DNA from: an uncultured Caldithrix sp.
Lineage (GTDB): Bacteria > Electryoneota > AABM5-125-24 > Hatepunaeales > Hatepunaeaceae
Assembly: GCA_964355675.1 (NCBI GenBank)
Contig: CAYHEC010000006.1
Coordinates: forward strand, 1-64,000
Direction of reading: 5' to 3'
DNA length: 64,000 bases
In this document: piece after piece, positions 19,399 through 27,218 of the stretch
Position numbering within the stretch: the stretch's first letter is position 1
How the letters are laid out: every line of letters begins with the position of its first letter
The notes under the pieces: model-generated
Databases searched by the model: none
What the model was told of the DNA's origin: nothing
Seen by the model: the letters and a program-made list of their open reading frames with translations, nothing else
Program-made: the position numbers and the translations under genes

Positions 19399-20381
19399 TT
19401 CCCACCTCCCTGCAGATTAAGCAGGTTGATCAGCCCGCCGTTCTTGTCACCCTTCACGATGTATTTCTTCAGCCCCGGTAGCACTTCCTCAAGCGTTTCC
19501 AAAAGCATCCGTTTGCGAGTCACTTCCTTCGCCTGACGGTATTCGTTCAAAACCTGATTGAAATTTGATGCGTCGCCTTCTGCCTTGGACACACGCTCCG
19601 AAGCGTAAGCTTCCGCACCCTTGACAAGCTGAGCCGCCTTACCGCGCACTCTTGGGATGATGTCCGAGCGGTAGGCTTCCGCTTCGTTAATCAGCTTCTC
19701 ACGGTCTTCGCGCGCCGAGGCGACGTCCTTGAACGCATCGACTACCGCATCGGGTGGGTGGACATCCTGAAGTTGCACGGCGACGATTTTAAGACCCGCG
19801 TCGTAGCTGTCCAGAATTCGTTGTAGCAGGATCATCGTCTCCTCCTGAATCTGTCCCTTGCCGCTGGTGAGGATTTCATCGATCTCGTGCTTGCCAACGA
19901 CCTGCCTCAGCGCCGCTTCGATAGGACGCGACGTGGCTTCGATGTCGCGCACCTTGAAGAGGAACTTCACCGGATCGATGATGCGATACTGGATGATGAG
20001 GTCAACCTTGACGATGTTCAGGTTGCCGGTCAGCATCTGCGACTCTTCCGGTTTATCGAGGTAGCGTGCCGGCGGACCCGGATCGACGGTGCGGAAGCCA
20101 ATCTCGGCGCGCCTGACCGACGAGACAGCGACTTTATCGACGCGCTCGACGGGCCACGGCAAGCGGTAGTGGATGCCGGGCGAAGTGACGCGGACGAAGG
20201 CTCCGAAGCGCCGGATGACGCCTTGCTGATCGGCGGCAACGACATAAACGCCAGTCGCCAGCCATACGGCGATGACGATGTAAAACAGCATTTTTTTGCC
20301 TGTCCCGAATATGGAGCTGACGTCGGGCACTTCGATGACTTCACCGTTAGGCAAAGTTACGTTTCGTGTTGGAATTTTCAT
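19395..20381 (-). CDS. hflK: Protease modulator HflK (SPFH/band-7)
   Basis: …IRRFGAFVRVTSPGIHYRLPWPVERVDKV… and C-terminal charged coiled coil; hflK-hflC order. Confidence 0.85.
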   Translation of the reverse strand: MKIPTRNVTLPNGEVIEVPDVSSIFGTGKKMLFYIVIAVWLATGVYVVAADQQGVIRRFGAFVRVTSPGIHYRLPWPVERVDKVAVSSVRRAEIGFRTVDPGPPARYLDKPEESQMLTGNLNIVKVDLIIQYRIIDPVKFLFKVRDIEATSRPIEAALRQVVGKHEIDEILTSGKGQIQEETMILLQRILDSYDAGLKIVAVQLQDVHPPDAVVDAFKDVASAREDREKLINEAEAYRSDIIPRVRGKAAQLVKGAEAYASERVSKAEGDASNFNQVLNEYRQAKEVTRKRMLLETLEEVLPGLKKYIVKGDKNGGLINLLNLQGGGK

Positions 20382-20674
20382 TTGGTTTCCTTTTAGTACG
20401 ACAGGCGTCCCTGCCTGTCACCTCATCATTCCGGCGAAAGCCGGAATCTATTCGATTCCCCCCTCCTGCTATTTGCAGGGGGGTGCAGGGGCGTGTCTTT
20501 GCGAGGAATGTAGTGACGAGGCAATCTTAGCACGATGGGTCTCTGTACCCGTCACCATATTTTACCACCCGATAGAACGACAATGTTTCATTCCGTTGTC
20601 AACTTGTTTTCCAATAATTGCAGTAACTTACTAAACATTCCCGCCAGACTGATGATGAGTATTAGGAAATCCAA

Positions 20675-21349
20675 CTAAGGCGCTTTGTAATATACTGCGG
20701 TAGGCCCCATATACTTAATACCCTCTTTTTGCTCTAAAAGTAGTCGAGCAATTTCCAGCTTGTGAGTTTCTCTTTTATGTTGCCTAACATAATCTACGGC
20801 ACTTCGCAAAAGATATAATTTCAAGTAGTCGGCGGTACTCTCGAGGCTTAACCTGCCCTGAATGAATTTGCTAAAAGTGGCAATTAAGGATTTAGTAATT
20901 ATCGCTTTTGTATTCACAGTGACAGTTCTGTTTGTACCATCAATTGGCTCAAATCCAATTTTATCAAATCCAACAAAGGCTTTTGCTCCGATCTCCATTG
21001 CTTTCATACCTAAGCTTTCGGAACCACAACTGAAACAAAACACCGCTTTATTCTTGAACAAACTTAAGTTATCTTTATTAATGATTTCGGTAGATTCTCT
21101 TGTTTCTACAGCAATGCGATCTCTGTATTCACCTCCGTAAACACAATCATCACGGCCATGTGCCATTATGATTACAAATTCTACGCTTGCTTTTTCAAGT
21201 TCGACTAAGGCTAAGTTCTGATCACACTTATCGCTGAGTCTAAAAGATTTAAATGCATGTTTTTCCAACATAGTCACAACTGGTCCTAAATATTTTGTAT
21301 CTTCTGCAACAGAGTGAATACAAATACTACGATTTGTAGATTCGGTCAT
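20675..21349 (-). CDS. Predicted caspase-like / CHAT-like cysteine protease-fold protein (His...Cys dyad), last gene of the Dcm operon
   Basis: …EFVIIMAHGRDD… then ~40 aa later …AVFCFSCGSESLG…: spacing and hydrophobic strand context of the caspase-fold catalytic His-Gly and Cys; 4-nt ATGA overlap with upstream gene. Confidence 0.4.
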   Translation of the reverse strand: MTESTNRSICIHSVAEDTKYLGPVVTMLEKHAFKSFRLSDKCDQNLALVELEKASVEFVIIMAHGRDDCVYGGEYRDRIAVETRESTEIINKDNLSLFKNKAVFCFSCGSESLGMKAMEIGAKAFVGFDKIGFEPIDGTNRTVTVNTKAIITKSLIATFSKFIQGRLSLESTADYLKLYLLRSAVDYVRQHKRETHKLEIARLLLEQKEGIKYMGPTAVYYKAP

Positions 21350-22014
21350 TTATTTAAGTCAACTAAACATGCCACACCGAACTCAACAATTTCATGAGCA
21401 AGTCGCTTACCAATTTCATTTTGTTGTCTTACCGATTCTGCAAGCTCACGGAAACTTTTTCCATCTAAACCGGAGTTGGTTGTCTTCGCAAACAATCGCT
21501 CGTGTTTCATCAGAAATCTATCTGCCAACAAACACAGTGGCGGTGTCCCTAATGCCGTATAAACTTCATTCGGGAGATCGTCGCGCGAAATGAACCGATC
21601 AATCTCAGCGTCAAGTAGCTTTCTTAATAACTCTTCGGAAGTTTTCAATTTACTTGTCTTATCGTTTTCAATGACTTTTAGAAGCGTTTTACTCAGGGTT
21701 CCAGAATATAGCATCAGAATTGCTGCCCGATTCATAGCCCTAATAATTGCGATTATTTGGAGCGATAAATGAATTGCTGACGAAGGCTCGCTATTCGCAT
21801 CCAAGTTGATGTCAACTAAAACAACATCCCAGAATTCACTCGCGCGTTCTTGCACTTCCTTCAGAAAATTATCCCTGCTATGGCCTGACGAAAAGTCGAT
21901 TGGATTTATTTGATGGATATAAACCTCACCATATTCTCCCTCAATAGCACGTTTTGTCTCAGTAAATGCATTTGCATTTCTTATATCATCAATTGCGAGA
22001 ATACGGATTTTCAT
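21346..22014 (-). CDS. Receiver (REC/CheY-like) domain protein with uncharacterised C-terminal helical domain
   Basis: MKIRILAIDD… (β1 acidic pair), …WDVVLVDINLD… (putative phospho-acceptor Asp), …ILMLYSGT… (β4 Ser/Thr); 4-nt overlap with GHKL gene. Confidence 0.45.
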   Translation of the reverse strand: MKIRILAIDDIRNANAFTETKRAIEGEYGEVYIHQINPIDFSSGHSRDNFLKEVQERASEFWDVVLVDINLDANSEPSSAIHLSLQIIAIIRAMNRAAILMLYSGTLSKTLLKVIENDKTSKLKTSEELLRKLLDAEIDRFISRDDLPNEVYTALGTPPLCLLADRFLMKHERLFAKTTNSGLDGKSFRELAESVRQQNEIGKRLAHEIVEFGVACLVDLNK

Positions 22015-24290
22015 GCTATAAACTCCAATACGAATTTTGCACCCCCGAGGATCGGATCATTACCTTCGAGAGAAATTTTCCCATTCATGTCTTTCATAAT
22101 ATCCCTGCACGTATATAACCCAATTCCGGATCCTCCCCGTCCACTAATTCCAAGTTCGAAAAGTGAATCAACGAGACCTTTCTTAACTGCCTCTCCATCA
22201 TTGGATATTGTGACAAGCATCCTCCCATTAGACGATGTGATACTAACAAGGAGATTTCTTGCATGTGCCTTAATAGCATTATCCACTAAGTTATCAAATA
22301 ATATTGTAATCGCCATCGGTCTGAATAGCCTTACAAATTCATTATTGTCATAAGTAATAGAGACTTTCGGTGTTGGTCTTGGTAAATCATCACCCTTTAG
22401 GTATTCGTATATAAATCGCCCTAAATCGTTCCGAATTTGTTCGACCTTTAGATTGAAATCGGCCTTAGTAACAATGCTACTTACTTTTACAGTCTCATCA
22501 ATCCATAGCTTAATTTTACTCAGAGAATCAAGTAAGCTATCTCTATCGTATTTATCGCGTTTAATATCGCTAATGAGAGAGCTTATTGTTCCACGCATTT
22601 TTTGTGCGGATAACTTGATCCAATGATCCAAATTATCACGAATCTCTTCTGGATTTCTCGCATTTGCTAACAGGAAAATATTCTTCCGTCGCTCAGTCTC
22701 ATACCTTCGTTCTGCCTGTTTACGCGACTGTTTGGCTTCTACAGCTTCCTTTTCGGCTTCTTCGCGAGCGGCTGTCAAGTCTGCATAGCGTTTTTCAATC
22801 AAGGCTATCTCTTTAAGAAGCGATTCATTGCCTGTATTCATTGCAATTCGCTTTAGATTCGATAGTGTGGACACGACACTTGCGGATTGTCGGTCGCTTA
22901 AGATATCAAGGAGTTTTTGATCGTACTCAATATCCAAAATATCTTTGGAGTCAGTCAATTTCTTGATGATCTCAAGTATATCGACTTTAACATCAATCGG
23001 TAGCAGTTCTTCATCTGTTCCTTTTGGCGGAGTACCCCATTTAATGGTTTCTATAGTATATTTTTCCAAGCGTTTCAAGGCGTAATCCCAAAAAAATTCT
23101 TGCAAATCACGCCATTCAGGTGAATCTATAAAGCCAGCATTCCTGCTTGAGGTTTCCCTGAAATGTGAGTCATCACCATACACCTCTATACGACCCGAAA
23201 GCTCTCTTGTCCCAAGATTTCGATAGTATCCTTGCTGTTTTCTTCGATCGATACCAAGCCCATCATCACCTTCATCACCAAATGGGTGTAAACGAAAGCC
23301 ATTTTTATACACAAATACAGAACCATAGGCAACATTATGCATACCTACAGCCCTATGGAAATGTAATTTTGCAGATCTATTGAGAGCAAACAGATAGATA
23401 CGGACATTGGCTAAAGAATCATACGGACATTTTTCAGTGATGCGATATATCAATGAACCGCGATCAGTTAGAGTTGTAGATACAGTTTCACATTTACTAT
23501 CTACGACACATTGTATCTGCGTAGTCCTAAGTCTCAAATCTTCAAAAAGAAAGTTTCGTATTGTACCATTTATACAATTTCTCTCGTCTTCTTCAAGCTC
23601 ATCTGAAAATTGCTCTTCCGGAACAATCAGTTCAATAGTAAATCCCTCCGCATCATTCTCCTGATTAGGGTTTATCAATTTGCGCAATGCATCGCGTAGC
23701 TTTTTAATTTTTAAACGATCCCATGTCTCGCGTAGGCCAGAAATCTCTAAAATGGTTCCTACATTGAGATTGTAAGGATTTCTTTCACTGGAGGAAATAC
23801 TCACATGAATATCGACGAATTCTTTCTTACTGTCTTCCTCAAATTCCTGCCAATCAACATCCACTCTTTCAATAAGTTCATTTGCATTAGCACGCGTGTA
23901 AAGGCTCAGAAGATTGCCTAACCTATCACATGAAAAACGCCCTATCCCCTTCGCTCCGGCAAATGTGCGCTTACCGACAATTTTATTGCGATAATCTCTT
24001 GATTGGTCAAATAGGTCGTCTTCGACTCCTTCGTGTTTTGCAGAATATGCAACAAATAGCCATTTATTTACAACATCATCAGGAGTCATGCCTTTACCAT
24101 CGTCCGCAATGATAAGTCGAGGAGCAGACGTGCGAAGTCCTTCGAATCGTATTTGTACACTACGCGCATGGGCATCGAATGAGTTCTTTACTAATTCAAA
24201 TACAGCAACAAAATCATCGGTGATTAGTTCACGCCCGATGATCTTCTTTAATGCCGAGCTGATCCGGAATGTGGCCGGGCGTTTAGGCAT
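22011..24290 (-). CDS. Two-ATPase-domain protein: N-terminal MORC/MutL-like GHKL ATPase (HATPase_c_3-like), coiled coil, then C-terminal histidine-kinase-like ATPase with degenerate H-box
   Basis: N-term …FVAVFELVKNSFDAHARSVQIRF…LIIADDGKGMT… (Bergerat N/G1 boxes); C-term …FDNLVDNAIKAH…ISNDGEAV…GGSGIGLYTCRDI… (HK N/G1/G2 boxes); region before it (…NIFLLANARNPEEIRDNLD…) resembles a DHp H-box but lacks His; start ATG at 24290 overlaps Dcm stop (gATGccTAA). Confidence 0.6.
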   Translation of the reverse strand: MPKRPATFRISSALKKIIGRELITDDFVAVFELVKNSFDAHARSVQIRFEGLRTSAPRLIIADDGKGMTPDDVVNKWLFVAYSAKHEGVEDDLFDQSRDYRNKIVGKRTFAGAKGIGRFSCDRLGNLLSLYTRANANELIERVDVDWQEFEEDSKKEFVDIHVSISSSERNPYNLNVGTILEISGLRETWDRLKIKKLRDALRKLINPNQENDAEGFTIELIVPEEQFSDELEEDERNCINGTIRNFLFEDLRLRTTQIQCVVDSKCETVSTTLTDRGSLIYRITEKCPYDSLANVRIYLFALNRSAKLHFHRAVGMHNVAYGSVFVYKNGFRLHPFGDEGDDGLGIDRRKQQGYYRNLGTRELSGRIEVYGDDSHFRETSSRNAGFIDSPEWRDLQEFFWDYALKRLEKYTIETIKWGTPPKGTDEELLPIDVKVDILEIIKKLTDSKDILDIEYDQKLLDILSDRQSASVVSTLSNLKRIAMNTGNESLLKEIALIEKRYADLTAAREEAEKEAVEAKQSRKQAERRYETERRKNIFLLANARNPEEIRDNLDHWIKLSAQKMRGTISSLISDIKRDKYDRDSLLDSLSKIKLWIDETVKVSSIVTKADFNLKVEQIRNDLGRFIYEYLKGDDLPRPTPKVSITYDNNEFVRLFRPMAITILFDNLVDNAIKAHARNLLVSITSSNGRMLVTISNDGEAVKKGLVDSLFELGISGRGGSGIGLYTCRDIMKDMNGKISLEGNDPILGGAKFVLEFIA

Positions 24291-25584
24291 CTGACAACAC
24301 CTTCTTAATCGACATTCCAATCAATCGAGCGAATAGCGGTGGTATCGCATTCCCGACCTGTGTGTAGCGAGGAGTCTCTAACGCACGCCGATGTCCGCCA
24401 GTAGTATAAGGTCCTTTGAACTCAAACCAATCGGGAAAGGTCTGTAGTCGGGCGCACTCTCGGACGGTTAGTACTCGGGCTTCTGAGTAATGGATATTAT
24501 CGTCCGGTATCGTTGTTATAGTAGGAGCGGTTTGATCAGCGTTAAGCACCACAACGCTCCGCTTCATTAAGCCAAATTGTTCTCGATCTGTCCCCTCTAT
24601 CCTTTTATCTCTGACAGCATGAGACAGGAGTTTTTCAAATACACCTCTGTTCGCAACGGTATGGTTCACAAAACGATGACTATCGGGGATGTGTTGTTCT
24701 TGAATGTTTCTCATGTACTTCTGAACAGGAGTGCATGAATCCGCCGTTATGCCGGATTTGAACCCTCTTGAATCAGGGCATTGTGTGGATCCGTGTTGCT
24801 GTTCCAGGTCGGAGATCGCCGATTGAACGCTATTGAGGCTTGGTAACCCAAGTGTTGACAGTCGTTCAAACCTTGTTGCTTTTAAGTCATCAAAGATGGC
24901 GTTTGCGAGGTTCTCGCGTGTTGCTACTGCAATAAAGCGAACTCTGCGTTGTGGAACACCGTATTGCGACATGTCTATGAGTTCGCCTTGCGCGTCGCTA
25001 TAGCCCAATTCCTTCAGTCTATCAATGACCACTTTAGAATATGCTACGCCAGATTCAGCATTGGCCTTAAAACGCTTTGTGAAGCCGCGAACGTTCTCAA
25101 AAATGATGCAGCGAGGTTGGACTAACTCAACGAATTCCAAGTATGAATGTACAAGACGATTGCGACTGTCGCCTTCTCGTCTTCGCCCAGCAGTTGAGAA
25201 TCCTTGACAGGGTGGTCCGCCAGCTACAAGATCGACTTGCCCACAAAGCCCCTTTAGTTCATCAACCTTCTCGATGAGCAAATCCTGTATATCCCAATTT
25301 GTGACGGATAACCAATCTGGCCACTCGTAATGAGTGTGCTTATCGATCAGGTTTGTTCGAAGCGTCAAAAACGCCGATTGGCTGCGTTCAACAGCAAAAA
25401 GCCCTCTCCACCCAGATTGGTGAAGACCGGTACTCAAGCCGCCACAGCCAGCAAACAAATCGATTACTGTGAGTTCGCTATGTTCGTTCTCTTTTATCAA
25501 AATTCCTTTATTATTTGAAGGGCGAGCAAAGACGGGCTCGGTAAACCGGCCCCTACGCGACAGGGTGCGGACACCCTGTCGCAC
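24283..25584 (-). CDS. dcm: DNA (cytosine-5)-methyltransferase
   Basis: Motif I DLFAGCGG, motif IV GGPPCQGFS, motif VI ENV (IIFENVRGF), motif X (YTQVGNAIPPL). Confidence 0.9.
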   Translation of the reverse strand: MRQGVRTLSRRGRFTEPVFARPSNNKGILIKENEHSELTVIDLFAGCGGLSTGLHQSGWRGLFAVERSQSAFLTLRTNLIDKHTHYEWPDWLSVTNWDIQDLLIEKVDELKGLCGQVDLVAGGPPCQGFSTAGRRREGDSRNRLVHSYLEFVELVQPRCIIFENVRGFTKRFKANAESGVAYSKVVIDRLKELGYSDAQGELIDMSQYGVPQRRVRFIAVATRENLANAIFDDLKATRFERLSTLGLPSLNSVQSAISDLEQQHGSTQCPDSRGFKSGITADSCTPVQKYMRNIQEQHIPDSHRFVNHTVANRGVFEKLLSHAVRDKRIEGTDREQFGLMKRSVVVLNADQTAPTITTIPDDNIHYSEARVLTVRECARLQTFPDWFEFKGPYTTGGHRRALETPRYTQVGNAIPPLFARLIGMSIKKVLSDA

Positions 25585-25673
25585 AAGAAAATCACAGATC
25601 GATCACGCCCGTAGCCCCTATCCGATAAGTCTTTTCAGCCTTCTGTGACTCAGTGATCGATTTTTGACCCCTC

Positions 25674-26450
25674 CTACCTCGCAAACTTCTTCACCCAGCC
25701 GAAGTACTGCGTAAAGAACGTCATAGTATCATAAACAATCCGCGAATTGTAGATGTAGAACCACAAACCCGACGTTGTGACCAACTTATAGAACAAAATC
25801 CCGCAGAGGAAGATCGTTCCAATGAAAATCGCGCCGATCCTGTTGAAATACTTGACTCTACCGATCCGCATCTCTTCCATGTAGTAGCGGATTCGTTTAT
25901 CGTTCAGGTGATCTTCGGTCAAAAATATCCCCATAATCGACCACGCCAAACCAACCATCACCCCCACGATAATCGTCAGTGACGGCATCCACTCGATTAT
26001 ATTCGGGTAGCTTATTTGCCAATAAACAGTCAACCCCATCCCCAAGAAGACCATTATGTTAGTGAATTTACGGAAGTTGCGCAAGTAGGCCGGCAATTTG
26101 AAGATGAATTTATTGCGCGCGGCTGTAGCTTCGACGTTTGCCTTGGCGATGTACTCGATTATCTGCCCGCCGAACCAGGAAAAAAACAAGAAACGAAATT
26201 GATGATCACCGATGTAGTCGAACAGCCGCCCGGTGCCGAAAATCTGTTCGAAAAATGCTACAATCACAACGGTTAGCATATATACCAACGACCAGAAAAT
26301 GTAGCCCTTGTCTTCGGCGAACAAGATCGTCGTGTCGCGGACCTGATCCCAAGTCGGCACTTTTTTAAGCGCCTCTCCGCAAGCGGGGCAGGTTTTCTCG
26401 CGGAAGAAGTTATAGGCGGAAATCGATCCCTTACAGTTCGGACAATGCAT
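25674..26450 (-). CDS. Membrane protein with N-terminal zinc-ribbon (CPNC…CPAC) and ~6 TM helices
   Basis: MHCPNCKGSI…CPACGE; multiple hydrophobic helices. Confidence 0.45.
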   Translation of the reverse strand: MHCPNCKGSISAYNFFREKTCPACGEALKKVPTWDQVRDTTILFAEDKGYIFWSLVYMLTVVIVAFFEQIFGTGRLFDYIGDHQFRFLFFSWFGGQIIEYIAKANVEATAARNKFIFKLPAYLRNFRKFTNIMVFLGMGLTVYWQISYPNIIEWMPSLTIIVGVMVGLAWSIMGIFLTEDHLNDKRIRYYMEEMRIGRVKYFNRIGAIFIGTIFLCGILFYKLVTTSGLWFYIYNSRIVYDTMTFFTQYFGWVKKFAR

Positions 26451-26816
26451 GGCGTGGCTCGTGGTTGAAGAGGAGAATTAATTCCAAACGGCGAGATTCG
26501 CCGTGAATAATGTATGTAAACAAAAATACCGCGTAAATCAAGCGATTTGAGGAAGTATTTGTGACTTTGGTCACTGAGGAGATGTCGGAAGGGCTGAAAC
26601 CGGAGCGCGCATGCTTACTCGCGTATGGTGGCAGACGTCTTCTCTGTCGCCAAATATTTTTATTTCGCCCCAAAATAAACTCCCGATTCGACCAAAAAGA
26701 CTTGACAAGTGATTTTTTTTTTTGCACATATTAGAGTCGGCTCGTCTGAAGCCGACCGTCTTCCATTGGAGCGCGTTGGTTTGCGGAGCCAAGATGTTAG
26801 CAATTGGGAGAACGAA

Positions 26817-27218
26817 ATGTCAAACAAATTACGTTTCAGAGCCCTAATCGGGCTGATTGCGGTTATTATGATTGTGGATGGAACGCTACTACCATCAGGA
26901 GAAGCCGTAGCTCAAATCACCCACACAGTCGTCGTAAAGGACCTTATTGACCCTTATCCGGTTGAGGGTCTTGATCAAACTATTCACTTCCACTTTTACT
27001 TCAATAATCAGGAAGTAGATGATGTGGTGCCTGTAGAAACCGATCCAGGAGTCTATGAGGGCGAAACATTCCTTGATGCGCCAGAATATGATTCGTGGAC
27101 GGTCGAAATTGATCCGGACGATGATTTTGATTTTCCATATTTGGATCCAAACCCAACGGCTCACAAGTCATCACTGACTTACCTGTTTAATTGGATAATT
27201 GATGACAATCGCCCTTGA
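26817..27218 (+). CDS. Small secreted hypothetical protein
   Basis: Signal peptide MSNKLRFRALIGLIAVIMIVDG…; ORF opens at 26709. Confidence 0.35.
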   Translation: MSNKLRFRALIGLIAVIMIVDGTLLPSGEAVAQITHTVVVKDLIDPYPVEGLDQTIHFHFYFNNQEVDDVVPVETDPGVYEGETFLDAPEYDSWTVEIDPDDDFDFPYLDPNPTAHKSSLTYLFNWIIDDNRP

